Source: Paraspadella gotoi
Lineage: Eukaryota > Animalia > Chaetognatha
NCBI GenBank assembly: GCA_051294375.1
Contig: CM119266.1
Span: 23,384,413 to 23,448,412 of the forward strand
Length of the DNA: 64,000 bases
Reading direction: 5' to 3'
A program made the translations under genes and the position numbers. Shown in pieces: positions 46,696-61,172 of the stretch. Every line of letters starts with the position of its first letter. The stretch's first letter is position 1. The notes beneath the pieces are model-generated. The model worked only from the letters and a program-made list of their open reading frames with translations. It had not been told where the DNA came from and did not search any database.

Positions 46696-49434
46696 CGATT
46701 GCGGAATCAGTGAGTCGGTTCTATGAATACCCTTTCCAGTCTCCCCCCACCTTCACGGCCTGTGATTTATTCGCTCATTCTTCGGAAAAGGCAAAAAACG
46801 TATTCGAAAGGACCAGTTTATTCGCGGGGGCCTTTGTGATACGGGTCGGCCAAAGGGGTGGCCCGGTTGAAGGGGCGGGGGAGCTTTTCATAATTCACCC
46901 CGGGGTCGGGATGGGAAGAAATAATACGCTTGGGGCAATCAGGGGGCGAGAAAGGAAATATTCTTTCTTTGACAATGGGTTAAAATTTAATGCGACTGAT
47001 TCATCATATTTTTTAAGAAGAAAAAGAAGTAGGTTTAATGTTTTATGGTGCAGATAAATCTTGGGGAAAATTGATCGACCTTTTTTTTTGGCTTTTAGAG
47101 TCAAGATGCTTCCTAATATTTAGGAATTTTTTATTTTTTGAAAATCAAGAGATTTAATTTTTTTTATTAAAGAAATCAATTTTGCTTGCAAGGATTTAAT
47201 TTCGGTTGTCAAATTTTTGTGCCGGTATTAATGTATGTGTGTTTTTTTGTTTGTTTTGGAATAGACAAACTTTCTGTAACGTGAAATATTAAAAATTGAA
47301 TTAGGTTAGGTTTCTATTATTACATGCGCCACGTAATTAACACGAATGGATGAAAAAAAATAGTCATATTATTCATTGGTCACTATCTTTTATTAATTCA
47401 TATTATATTGAGGATTTACCGGTAACGCCGTGAGCGAGCTAGTGTTTTTCCTGATCTGCTATTTATTTATAGCAGATTCAAAGAATGTAAATCCTTTAGT
47501 AAATATTTTATTGTATGTAGACATAACTATGAGCGTGAGACGTGAAGCAGTAGAGGGAGACATAAAGCACGTCGAAAAGAAGACATAAAGCAAGTCGAAG
47601 GGAGACTAATTTCTAAAGATACAAAAAAAATAAGAAACTTATTAAAAATAGTCAAACTTTAAGCTTAACCATAAAATTACAAATATCATTTAAATGCTTA
47701 ACCGACTGTCACGAACATTGGTGAAACTTATCATCTTAGTTTTAGGTAAGCCACATTCTATTTTTATTCTTTGTTAAGGCACAATCATAAGGGGACTACC
47801 AATCAGAGAGCAACGTTTTAAAATACTTGATGCAAGTCAGATACTTGTAAGGCAACAAAATACGAATTCAATAATAAAAAGGGCATCAAAACAACCGAAG
47901 AAGACCTATCTCGTAAACAAATAAAAATTTAAGCAATTATTCTTCCTGTCTTCAAAAAAATCCAATTCAGTCAGCTTCTCCCTCCTCCTCCCCTCCTGCC
48001 TCCTCCTCCCTGCAGACTAATATTCAACTAAAGCCAAACCTTAATTCCTCTAATAAGTGGATCTTCTTCGGCTTAATTCCTAAATCCTCTCCCCACCCCC
48101 GCAACCCCACTCCCTCCTATCGCGCTCTCCAGCGGCGTCGTTCCTCTCCCCCTCGATTTGTTCCCCCGAACGTCGGCGGCGTCGGCGGCGTCGGCGGCGT
48201 CGGCCCCGCGACCTTTTTGACCCAATTTCATGGTGGGCCTCGCCTTGATCAATCTCCCCGCGTCTTTTTTATCAATCTCGTCGCGGTTCCTTCGTTCTTC
48301 CAAATCTTTTTTTCCCCTTTTCAAATAAGATAATGAGAGAGATGAATAATTAATAATTATAATAATAAAATAATAATAATTATAATAATAATAATATAAT
48401 AATAATAAATGAATAATATAATAATACCCATATTACGCTGACCTTCAGCCTTTTTTCCCTTTCCCATCTACTTCTCAAACTGTCCCCTCTCGCTGTCGAC
48501 GATAACCTCTGCGATCTGACGGTCCCTTAGTTTAACCCTCAGCTCCCTCCAACCCCCCACCCTGCGTTCTGTCGCCACCCCCCCCTCTCCCGCATTGTTG
48601 CCCCTTTCGCATTGGCGGAGTATAGTATATCGTGGATGACCACTAGGCTCGCGTTTTCTTCCCACCTTTTTCTGTTGTCGTCCGCATGCCGATGGCGATG
48701 CGGGTGAACCCGTTACATATCATTTCCGTCCAAGAAACCCTAACGTCATCTCTCTCTATTTTCTCTTTTCGGGGACCCTTCGATCTCGTCGGTCCCGATC
48801 ACTCGGTTTTCCAGAGCAATTTGTCCTCCGCGGTCTCGATTTCAATCCCGCGTCGCCTCTTTCATTTCGCAGGTTATTTTCCGTCTTTCGGTCCTGATAT
48901 CGAGGTGCATGATTTTGATTTGGCGTCTCAAATTCTATTAACGCGTCTCGTTTTGGGGTTTTCTCTCTATTTAATGTAGTTGATGATATATTGGTCTTTA
49001 ATTTTCCGTTAAAACTTTTCATAGAAACTTTCCGAACAATATGAATCTCTCTTTACCAATCTCAGCTATTGGCAAAATTACGCTCCTATCCGCCACGCAC
49101 TAGCGATGACAGAGTGCAAAACTCTCGCTGCTCATTCTCCCCTCTTACAAGTGACGCAATGTTAAGTATAGATGAAGAATTTCACATATTTAATAATTTT
49201 TGAAAAGAAACTTTTAAAAATAAGTTTTTTCTCCTTCTATCGAAAATTGCTTCTAACAACAACCGCAACTTTATTTCTCTTTCCCGGCTTATATCCTATT
49301 ACTGTTCAATGCTTCGAGTATCCTCGATAATGAGAGGAGGAGAAGGTTTGATACCTTTTCCTATTTTCCTTAATTCTCCCTTGATTTTCGGCCCATTAAC
49401 TTTTGCGTCTAAATTCGTCTTCGTGCTCTCCCTA

Positions 49435-49502
<68 letters not shown>

Positions 49503-49894
49503 CTCTCTTCTCTCTCTCTGCTCTTCCTTATTCTTTCGATTTGGCTTCTTCCTATCTCCTCTCTGCATCTCCTTTTTTCGTTTTCCTTTCTGATTCCGCT
49601 ACTACTCATTGTCTCCATCTTCTCTCTCTCTTCTCTCCTCTCTCTCTCTCTCTCTCTTCTCTCCTCTCTCTCTTCTCTCTCATCTCTCTCTCTCTTCGCT
49701 TTTCCTTTTGGCTTGTTCTTTCCTCCACCCCAATCTCCTCTTCTACTACCGACCGAGCGAGACACACGCTCCATCTTCCTTTCGGCCAATGTATCAGGCT
49801 TTTTTCATTAGGAGTCTCCTCTCTCTCTCTCACGTTCTCTTTGTCTCTTCTCCTCGGTACCTGCTCTCTCTCTCTCTCTCTCTCTCCTCTCACT

Positions 49895-49925
<31 letters not shown>

Positions 49926-50512
49926 TTCTGTCTCCTCTCAAACAGAGAAATCCGCTCTTCTGTGATTAGAATGAAAATAGGTTGCCGCTAATGAATCTCG
50001 AACCCCTTCTGTCCCGTCCTCCCAGATTTCATAGCAAAGCCCGAAACAATCTGCGATTTAAAATAATTAATTATACATACATACAATAACAAAGACATAC
50101 ATATTGTAGTTCTACTCTGTTTTACCTTTTAAACTTGAAGTTAAAGGATTTCGTTCAGAAATAAATGAAAGTTAGAAATAATTAAATAAGCATACGTAAA
50201 GAATGAAGAGAATAAAGATTAAAAGAGAAACGATTATAGACTTAGTATTAAAGATTAAAGAAATAAAGAAAAAACTGCTCAATTGCGCCTGAAAAATTGT
50301 CAGAAAGAATTTCGTAGAAAAGTTAAAAACTTTAAACGCGAAGCCAAGTGTTGGAGAATGGAGACGCCTTCAATTTACAGAGACTCGTCTTCTTTTCTCT
50401 CTTTGTTTCACGCGCGGTTTGTCGCGAGTTTTCACGAAACAAAAAAAAAGTTCTTTTCCCCCGTCTCACGATTTGGCCGCGAATCGGGTTCTGCTTCATT
50501 TGCAAGAAAAGT

Positions 50513-50575
<63 letters not shown>

Positions 50576-50855
50576 ATTTTTGCGAAGGTCCCCCCCTTCC
50601 GCCTCCCCTTCGCAAATCTCGTTTCTTTTCGGATGCAAATTTCGCAACGCGTCTCGTTTTGTTGTCGTTGTCGTTGTTGTCGTTGTTGTGGTTGTCCCAA
50701 AAACCACGAATCTTTCTCGAGGCTGAATTCAACGGCACCACCTACTTCAACCACCACCGACGCCATCGCTGCTGATGAACGACCCCAGCCGCAGCCTCTT
50801 CCGCATTTAACTTCTCCATTGTTCAGTTGACGGGAATGTTTTGTTTTTAACAAAG

Positions 50856-51220
50856 TACAACCAATGAATTCAATGAATGGATAATTCTATATTGGTTGTA
50901 CAATTTCAGCTCCTTGATGATAGTGCGGAGTACAATATAGTATTCCCTAATCTGATACTTGAGGGAGTGGTCATCATATACAATTAACATTCTTTAAAAT
51001 ATTATATCACTTCATTGATATGGAAGCCAGGTACTCTGGGAGTGAATAAACCAGACGGTGATAGAGTTTTGATTGCAGGCACCTGTTACCTGGAATATGT
51101 CATTATCTCGTAAGAATGATGGAGGCCTTAAACCACTAAAGCCTATTTAAATTAAGGGGCAAGATAGCTTATTTATTAAATGAATGAATAATTTTACATT
51201 GGTTGCACCAATTTCACAGA
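50856..51220 (-). mobile_element. Interspersed repeat family, copy 2 (inverted), with terminal GTACAACCAAT...ATTGGTTGTAC hairpin
   Basis: Inverted match to 34128-34420; the same ATATTGGTTGTAC motif also occurs at about 229-249. Confidence 0.65.
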
Positions 51221-52404
51221 AATTATCCATCATTTTTAAATAATTAAATTATGTTATAATCATATAACTAACTTTGCAACTATGACCGAGGAGCCGAGTG
51301 GCCGAGGGTGCTAACGAATTCGTTAACGATGACTCAATGTCGGAGTTGGGTCGATGGAGAGGGCATTCGTGGGATTATCATGGAAGGGTAACGCGGAATG
51401 GTCCAAGCGGTTGGGTTTTCAAAAACATTGTGGGAACGGAAAAAAAAAACGCCGCCGAGAAAAAGAACCCACGATTTATTTGTTTTCTTTCTTTTTATGA
51501 CAAATTAAAAAAAAGTGTTGGCGGGAAAAGTTGATTTGTTGCTCGACGCGAATTTGAATCACGACGTTTCCGCTCTGATCTGATTTAAGGCGACGTTTTC
51601 CCGCTCGATAAATAAACACCGATGCTAAGACGAGTCCTTAGAATTATCTTTTATCCTTTATTTCTTTTCTTCTTTGTCCCCATTTCCCCCTTTTTCTATT
51701 TTTATTTATTTATTTTTTTTTTTTTTTACTTTTTTTTATTTATCTTTTTCGTCGGAGAGACAAGATGGATCCCAGTCATAAGCTCGCCGCTTCGTTGGTG
51801 ATCTTCGTTCTCTACTGTTTCAAGTGAGAAATCAATGGATTCGCGTCGAACTGTTTTGCTTCTTTTTGATATTACAATCTTTTCTAAAAAAAATTCTCAG
51901 GTGGACGTCCAATGCCATGTGGGTCCCCAGTCAGGAAACAGACATGAAATATCAGGGTCAGTATTTCCGACAAGAGGTCGTAGTTGGACTTGCACACCGT
52001 GTAAACAGTCGGTTAAAACGCATTAATTTTATTCCTAATTTTATTCTTAATTTTATTTTTTCGGAAAATGTCTTCTAATTTTAAGAAATGATCCGATATT
52101 GTCAAAATTCAGACGTTAAAAATATTTAGGTTATCAGTTGTTTAAAAAAAATATATTTTTTCACTGTGTTTTAAAAACCACAAATAGATGCTACGAGTAA
52201 TGGAAAAATGAAAACTACAGTTCTTTGTTTATAGTTAATTACTTTAAAAAAAACTCTTTTTTTTTCAGGCCAACCTATAAGTGTTTTGGAAAAGGAATTC
52301 CGCGATGAAAATTTACAAAAGAAAAAACAATGTAACTAATCGTACTTTTCTCCAGTTTCATCTAATTCTTATAATAATATTGCCTAATCGTTTTGGTAAA
52401 ACAG

Positions 52405-52721
52405 ACGACGAACATTGGATGAACCACATTCGCCTCCACCAACTGTTGGAGCAAATGAGAATGATAAGAGCGGCCGAACAAGAAAGAGAAGAAGATGAGG
52501 AGGAAGATGATCAAATGGAGAATGAGAATCTCGAAGAAAAAGCGGAAATAGAAGAACTGAAGGCAGAAGAGATGCGAGACGAAGAACTTGGACACAAGTT
52601 GAAGGAAAATGAAAAAAGAGGGAGAATTATCAGAAGTGCAAAAATGAAATGCGAAGTGTGCGGAAAGGAGATCTTAAGATCCGATCGAGCCAAGCACATG
52701 CGACGACAGCATCTCGTGTGA
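52405..52721 (+). CDS. Exon encoding an acidic coiled-coil segment and a terminal C2H2 zinc finger
   Basis: AAACAG| acceptor candidate; ...EHWMNHIRLH...EEDEEEDD...MKCEVCGKEILRSDRAKHMRRQHLV* (C-x2-C-x11-H-x4-H). Upstream structure unresolved. Confidence 0.55.
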
Positions 52722-52997
52722 GGCTCTTCCCTTAAAAGACGAAAGCCTTTTCGGAGTCGAGACGAAAACTGACTTCGTTCCTCATTATTTCTTATGCTTG
52801 TGAAGTCCATGTCACTAACAAAAGGCGGGCCTTTGAAGTTGCTAAATATCTTTCTTTGATTCTCTGAGTCTGAGATAACGGGTTCCTTCTTGTGATAAAA
52901 AAAAATAAGAAAAAAAAGTTTTATTTTAATGTTTTTCGAATGTTGAGCATTTCGAATTCACTTGTGAATTGTTTTTGCTCATCCGACGATGGCTGAT

Positions 52998-53038
<41 letters not shown>

Positions 53039-53337
53039 TACAGGCCAGTCCCTCTCGAGGTCGGCGACGGTGTTAATTCCGTTTGGCACCGAAATGGACG
53101 GAATCATGATGACGACGACGACGACGACGACGACAGCGACGATAAGTCCAAAGCTCGTAAGATCAAAATCTAAACTAATAGATCAATCAGTATTTTGTGA
53201 TATTTTGTTGATATACCATCGATTTATGTTATATTTAAAACTTGTTTTAGTCAATAAGTTAATGACGTTGCCAAGCGTTGAACCGAGAAAATTGAAAATC
53301 CTTGAAAAGTAAATTGAAAGTATTGCTCTCCGCTAAG

Positions 53338-53438
<101 letters not shown>

Positions 53439-54252
53439 TAAGTTTGCCTCCGCCCGCGCGACAACAGAGGAGCTGAATGTATTGGTTAGCTGACAAAGAC
53501 ATAACGTTGGAGGTCAGGGGGAGCACAAGCACAAGATTTAGGCGAAGGGGGATTGCATGGGAGCTGGGGAAGAGGAGTGGAAAAGGGGTGGAGGAGTGGG
53601 GTAGTTGGCGTGTATAGGAGGCAGGGTTGGGGTAAGTATTGGGTAAGAAAAAGAATATATAGAAAATATAAAGAAAAGGCTTTATATTGTACATAATTAT
53701 ATTTTTTCATTGGAGTATGAAGAAAAACAACAAAACAAATAGGAGTGTTTGATTGTAATAAAATAGACACGTAAAAATGAACGTTTTCTCTCTCTCCTTC
53801 TCTCTCTCATCTCTCATCTCTCTCTCCTCTCTTTCTCTTCTCTCTCTCTCTCTTCTCATTCTCTCTCTCTCTCTTGGACGTGTTCGAGCGAGAAATTGTA
53901 GAATTTTTTAATGGCTGCCCTGGGAAATTTCAAAGACAACCTCGCATTGCTATTTTCGTCTTTTTCGTCTTTAGTCGTCGTCGCCTCCGTAGTCTTGTTC
54001 TTTGACATCCGGACCGACGACTTCTCTGTGAAAAAAAAAGAAAGATAAAATGAAAAGAAAAAAGAAAAGAAAAGGAAATGTGGCAACGAAGACAAATGTA
54101 GTCTGAAAGCGAAAAACTAATCTGCGAGTTGGCGCCTTTCGAGAATTACGAAAGTTTTCGCGGAAAAAAAATGAAATAACACGAATTTTCCTTAAATTGA
54201 CGTTTTGGAAAAAAAAACTAGAGAAAATTTAACCCCTAGTCGCCAACAACCC

Positions 54253-54293
<41 letters not shown>

Positions 54294-54301
54294 GAGAGAG
54301 A

Positions 54302-54335
<34 letters not shown>

Positions 54336-54515
54336 ACGGACAGAGAGAGAGAACGAAAGAGGGAAGAAGTGAGCGAAGAGGCTGTGTTGAGTTTTTGAAA
54401 AAGAAAAGAAAAAAAAAAAAACAAAAAAAAAAGAAAAAAACCCGAAGCGTGTTCGGTAGCAACTTTAACAAATGATTTCGGATGGCTTTTCGCAATTCCT
54501 CTTTCGATTTCCATA

Positions 54516-54575
<60 letters not shown>

Positions 54576-55101
54576 GAGAGCGAGAGGAGGGAGAGAAGAG
54601 AAAGAAAAAATTTCGCTTCGACTCGACATTTTCTCCGCGAGAGTTCCATTAGTTTTTTTGTGCGTGTTCTCGACTTACCCTGGCCTCTCCCGTCTCTGCC
54701 CCTTCCCCCTTTTGGCGACTCACCCTCCCAACCGCGTTCCTCTTCTGACTAAACATTCCTCACTTTCTTTGTCAAAGCAGCAGCAGCAGCAGCAGCCTTC
54801 TTCTACGAGTGATTCTTTTCAAACGCGACGCGGATCGGATTCGACTTCTCTCCTCTCTTTTCGTCTCTTCCTCCGAACTTCTCTAATTCTCAATTCTCAA
54901 ATTTGCCGATATTCCTATTCTGCTCATATCATCTCCCACATTAACGTTCTACACACACATAACTTCAGATATGCAGCACTGTTCTCTCGACAACCCGACC
55001 AGCCTCACCTTAACTTGACTTACCTCAACCCTCAACCTTCTCTTTCTCAGTAAAGTCACTCGTGCGCCAAAAGCGTTGACGACGAACAACTCGGATTCCT
55101 T

Positions 55102-55135
<34 letters not shown>

Positions 55136-56909
55136 NNNNNNNNNNNNNNNNNNNNNNNNNNNNNNNNNNNNNNNNNNNNNNNNNNNNNNNNNNNNNNNNN
55201 NNNNNNNNNNNNNNNNNNNNNNNNNNNNNNNNNNNNNNNNNNNNNNNNNNNNNNNNNNNNNNNNNNNNNNNNNNNNNNNNNNNNNNNNNNNNNNNNNNNN
55301 NNNNNNNNNNNNNNNNNNNNNNNNNNNNNNNNNNNNNNNNNNNNNNNNNNNNNNNNNNNNNNNNNNNNNNNNNNNNNNNNNNNNNNNNNNNNNNNNNNNN
55401 NNGGCGTAGTCGTGAAGAACGTCACCCTTGGACCGACGGAGCCTTTCTTCCGGGCGTCGCCGCGTCCCTTAACCCACCCGGTCCACCGATGCCAACTTCG
55501 GTCTCGGATCGTTTCTCTTCGTTTTCAAGATAAGGACATCGACACAAAGAGCAACAGAAATCTGTTTGTAATGTAATAATTTCTATCGTGTTTGCATTCT
55601 TTTTTAAACACTATGAGTTACGAAGCCAAATATGAATAAACGTCACAATTGTTTCGCTATTGCTTTCAAATTCATTTGCGCGGGAAACCATCCTGTAAAA
55701 AAAACAACAAAATTATCATCCACCATCGACTATCGGGGAAAAAACGGGACCATCATTATCACTACCNNNNNNNNNNNNNNNNNNNNNNNNNNNNNNNNNN
55801 NNNNNNNNNNNNNNNNNNNNNNNNNNNNNNNNNNNNNNNNNNNNNNNNNNNNNNNNNNNNNNNNNNNNNNNNNNNNNNNNNNNNNNNNNNNNNNNNNNNN
55901 NNNNNNNNNNNNNNNNNNNNNNNNNNNNNNNNNNNNNNNNNNNNNNNNNNNNNNGCTGATCAGGTAGAAAACGGGCGGAGCGTGACAAATGGAAGGTGGG
56001 AAGGGTCGGGAGTGGTAACGTGGTGGGGAGTTGTGAAAGTATGCGATGGGGCGTGGGGGTGAACATGTGAAAAATGATAGAGAGGAGGTTGGGGTGAGGA
56101 AGAGCAACGAGGAAAGGAGGCGACGACGGGTCGGTGACTGTGAACGTCTCACGCGGGTGACGACGGGGAAGAAGAAAACTGGAATGAAAAATTGGAGATG
56201 GTCGCAGTGGGTCAGGGATTAAATGGGGATTTGGGAGTGGTAGATATGGGAAATAGGGAAAGGGTCGGGGAAATATGAAAAAGTAACGACGAAAAAAAAA
56301 AAGGTAAAAAGCAAAAATGGAAAACTGTTATGGTAGGGATTCTTTGCGTAGTTTACGTTTTTTTTGAGCTGAGAATTATTTGACCATCAAGCGCGTTTGT
56401 ATAATTGTGTCTAGTTGACTGGGAGAACAACGAAGAAACTGTCTACTCTGATCTCCCAATTTGTTTTGGGGTCCCCGTTCTTTACTTTTCTCTCTTCCCT
56501 CTCCCTTCCTCTCTCTCTCCGCTTCCATTTCTCTTCCACCCGGAATTTTCGCCATTCATCAAAACGCCCTCGGCCGGATTATTTTCAGGCGCCGCGTCAC
56601 CCTCGTACACCTGCGCGGCGAAGATTTGTAACTCTCCGCCGTCACCGCTGCCGCCGACGCTGCCGCCGACGCTGTCGACGTCGTCAGCCGGTGGTAGCTT
56701 TGGTAGGCGGGCTCTGGGCGGCTATCGGCGNNNNNNNNNNNNNNNNNNNNNNNNNNNNNNNNNNNNNNNNNNNNNNNNNNNNNNNNNNNNNNNNNNNNNN
56801 NNNNNNNNNNNNNNNNNNNNNNNNNNNNNNNNNNNNNNNNNNNNNNNNNNNNNNNNNNNNNNNNNNNNNNNNNNNNNNNNNNNNNNNNNNNNNNNNNNNN
56901 NNNNNNNNN

Positions 56910-56948
<39 letters not shown>

Positions 56949-57865
56949 AGAGAGAAAATTAGAAATCTCAGGTGGCGCCTGTCGATCTTTTCTTTTTCTC
57001 AGGGAGTGTGGGAGAGACGAAGAGGTTGGGTTTGGTAAAAAATCGTNNNNNNNNNNNNNNNNNNNNNNNNNNNNNNNNNNNNNNNNNNTCATCATCGGTG
57101 ACGTCGACAGCGAGTAGTTAAGGAGTCGAAGAAAATCCCAGTGACGCCAGGACGAGATTCGTTCTTCCTGACGCTGGGGTCGCCCACAACAAAGANNNNN
57201 NNNNNNNNNNNNNNNNNNNNNNNNNNNNNNNNNNNNNNNNNNNNNNNNNNNNNNNNNNNNNNNNNNNNNNNNNNNNNNNNNNNNNNNNNNNNNNNNNNNN
57301 NNNNNNNNNNNNNNNNNNNNNNNNNNNNNNNNNNNNNNNNNNNNNNNNNNNNNNNNNNNNNNNNNNNNNNNNNNNNNNNNNNNNNNNNNNNNNNNNNNNN
57401 NNNNNNNNNNNNNNNNNNNNNNNNNNNNNNNNNNNNNNNNNNNNNNNNNNNNNNNNNNNNNNNNNNNNNNNNNNNNNNNNNNNNNNNNNNNNNNNNNNNC
57501 CAATTTGCCAATAAAATCTCAAGCGAGAAACTTTAGCTTTTTTTGTGTATAAAACTTTCTTTTCGATATGTTAGAATCAAGAGTAAGCTATTTTTGTATT
57601 TCAATCAAGGCTGCTATATGTGCTGGACTTTACAAAACTTTTATCGATAGATGTTGGTCGCATTTTTCTTTTACGTTTACTTCAATTGATGCATTTACTT
57701 TTTAACTCCCCTCGCCTGCTGCAGAATTAAGCGCGGATACATATAGTACACGCAGGTATAGTACGCGCAAGCGCAAACATCGCATCTCGAAAACGTTTCC
57801 CGCGCTTCTTTCATTATCCTTCGATTGTTCCCTTTGTGCTCGAGACGCCGCAGCGTCTGTGGAAG

Positions 57866-57944
<79 letters not shown>

Positions 57945-58619
57945 AGAGAAGAAGAGAGGGAGAGAAGAGAAAATCAGATTTCATGTTACCTCTGATGTTG
58001 AAGTTCCAAAGGGTAAAGAGTGTTACGCTTAGAAGGTGAAAGAACAAGTCGTGACAGAAAAAGGAAAAGTAATAAGGAATTGAACTAATTCGTGGAAATT
58101 GCTTAAATTATTAATTTAACAAACAAACCAAAAAGATACTGGGTTAAAAAGTAAAAAAAGTAATGAAAGAAAGAAAGAAAGAAAGAAAAGAAGAGGGAGG
58201 GGGGAAGAAGAAAGAAAGAAAGAGGGGGAATAAAAAAGAAAGAGGAAAAGAAAGAAGGAAAGAAAGAAAGAAAGAAAGAAAGAAAGAAAAGAAAGAAAGA
58301 AAGGAGGAGAAAGAAATTTCGTTGAATGAAAGGAAGAAAGGCGTCTGAGGCGCCAGGAGAAAAAGATAGGATGAATAAAATGCCGCAGGGCCAGCTAAAG
58401 CAAAGCTAGAGAAACGAAGACAAAAGGAAACGGACGAAAACAGAAGAGAGAGAGAGAGAGAGAAGAGAGAGGAGAGAGAGAAGAGAGAGAGAGACTACTC
58501 AAGAAAGAAAAATCCCCGCTTTCTTTCGGCTCCCTTCTGTAAGAGCGAGACGAGAGACCCTAATGGAATAAAAGCCTCGTGGCCAAAAACCCAACTCTCT
58601 CTCTCTTCTCTCGTTCTCT

Positions 58620-58665
<46 letters not shown>

Positions 58666-60103
58666 TCTCTACTCTCTCTCTCTTGCTCCTGTTTCGGTGC
58701 GGACGTGAATGGAAGGATAAGCCCGAGAGGTTATCGGGGCTTATGGAGTTTCATGTGAGGTCAGATTTTCTGGTTTCCGGATGAGATTGGGGAAAGCGGT
58801 CAGCAAGGGGGCGGGGGAGGGGGGCGCAGTATGGCAGAGGAAGTCTGGAAGAAAAGGAGAAGAATGAAAGAAAAGAAAGAAAAGGAATGAACGAGAAGAG
58901 AAATGAGAATTTCGCCGCGTTCGCATTTAGAAAGTCAAGAAGGAGAAAATGAGAAGAATTCTTTTTTCTTATATACATGCATAATATTGCCCTAAAAAAT
59001 TAAACAAATTAGAATTTGAAAAAAAACAACCAATCCAACAAGAGCGACTATAATGTGATTGAAAATATCTAAAAAGAAAAGTGAAAAATATAAGAAACGT
59101 TAAATTAAGAGACTTGTTAAGATATGATAGTGAAGGAGGAGGAGAAGGAGGAGGAAAAGGAGGAGGAGGAGGTAAAGGAGCGGTTGATTCCCGCGAAAAT
59201 TGAGCCGGGAAAGGATTTCATTATGCATGGCGCGAAATATTTGTAAACAAACAAAAAGGAAAATGAGGTTTTGGATTATTTATATTCTCTGATAGAATAG
59301 GGAGCGGGAATTTCGTAGTAGAGCGTAAGGCTTGAAGCTAAGATGGCGGAAGTCAGTCGGGTTGTCAACGATTGAATTTTATCTCGATCTTTATTTGCGA
59401 TTTCATTTCCGATAGTCTATAAACACTTTTCATTACAACCATAAATTCCAATGGTTTTTTTTTTCTTGTTCTTTTGAACTTTCCTTCTCGTTTCCTTCTC
59501 TCCTTTCTTTTCTTTTTTTTCCCCCCCTTCCTTCATTTCCGTGTCTCTCAAGGATTTTCTCATTCCACTTTCCATTCATCTTCCATCTGCAACTGCGAAT
59601 GATTTTTCCCATAAATCACAGAATCTCTCTTCGAAAATTCCCGGGAGAAGGGAGAGGAGGAGGAGGAGGAGGAAGAGGAGGAAGGAAGAGCGAGGGAAGA
59701 CGCCAGTCTGGTTTCCGAATCTTATTTCAATGTTCCATGGCAACCGAATTGTGCCCTGGTTGCTGCGAGACGAGGGGGGGGGTAGGGGAGGGGAGGGAAC
59801 AAGGGGAAGGAAAGAGGACTCCGCCTTCCCCCCTTGATAGCAACGCACAAACTTTATTCAGATGAATCTTTGATGTATTCAATTTTCCCCCGGGCAAAGG
59901 GAAAAATATGCATCTCGGCGCCGAAAAGGTGGATCGAAAGGTAGGGGCGGGTGAGAGTTAGAGGGGCTGAAGAGAGGGAAATAGAAAGAAAAGAAACTTG
60001 TATATCCTCATCTATCCACATGCTATCCTGTGAGTAATACGAATTTTTTCATTTTACAATTCGTTTGTACGAATTTTATTGATAAAAGATTTTTTCCTCT
60101 CTC

Positions 60104-60167
<64 letters not shown>

Positions 60168-60795
60168 TCTTCTCTCTCTCTCTCTCTGTCGCGAGCAATC
60201 TTTCCGGTTCGAACCTTGATGATGAAAAATTCATGCGCGCCTCCTCTGATCAAATAAGGCGAAGGCGCCGGCGGCAGAAGGCAAAAGGAGGCGCCGACGG
60301 GTAATAAAGGAGGAAAGGAAAGAAAAAATAAAGGTGAAAGGAGAGAAAAAGGAAAGGCGAAAGAAAGGAAAAAAGGTGAGGTGAAAGAAAATAAAGGAGA
60401 TGAAAGGGACAAAAAATAAATAAAAAAAAAATTTTAAAAAAGAAAACAAAATCATAGAAAGGAAATGGAGGGAACAATAAAGAAAGACCCCACCAAAAAA
60501 ATAAGGCGTTGAAAGAAAAAAAAAGAAGATTAGATTAAAATGAGAGAGGTAAAAAGATAGGACAGCGGGCGGTCGAGGGCGGGGGGAGATAAAAAAAAGG
60601 AGAACTCGAGAGAAACCGGTAAAGTGGGAAGCATCATCAATTTACATTAGATTTAGTCGGTGATCGATGCGGCGGAAGAAAGTGAAAAAGAGTTCCTTTT
60701 AACAAGTTCAGGTAATTCAGCCGGAAANNNNNNNNNNNNNNNNNNNNNNNNNAAATGATGGAGCCCCGGCAAAAAGGTACGCAGAAAGCGCGGAA

Positions 60796-60860
<65 letters not shown>

Positions 60861-60895
60861 AGAGAGAAGAATGGAGGACGGAGAGAGAGAGGAAG

Positions 60896-60936
<41 letters not shown>

Positions 60937-60948
60937 GAGAAGAGAGAG

Positions 60949-61172
60949 AGACTGAAGGACGAACGATATGTGAAATAAAAAATGATCCAGATAAGCCGGA
61001 TTTACCTTTTTATAACGGTTTTCGTGACTTTATAACCTTTGAAATTTTACAATCTCTATTTGAGGTTTTTGATCGACTTTTTATGCAAAACAACGAAAGC
61101 ACTCTCTCTCTCCTCTCGTGTTATCTGTTGTTATTCCTTTTCTGCATTTGATCAAAAAAAAATCATCTACAT
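60949..61172. repeat. Segment duplicated at 63772-64000 (runs off the window end)
   Basis: GACTGAAGGACGAACGATATGTGAAATAAAA... present twice with small indels. Confidence 0.85.

Noticed and set aside
52511-52890. Minus-strand ...LLREEPHTRCCRRMC... resembling an insulin A chain
   Set aside because: Lacks the final Cys of CCx3Cx8C, no B chain was found, and it is the antisense of the zinc-finger HMRRQH.
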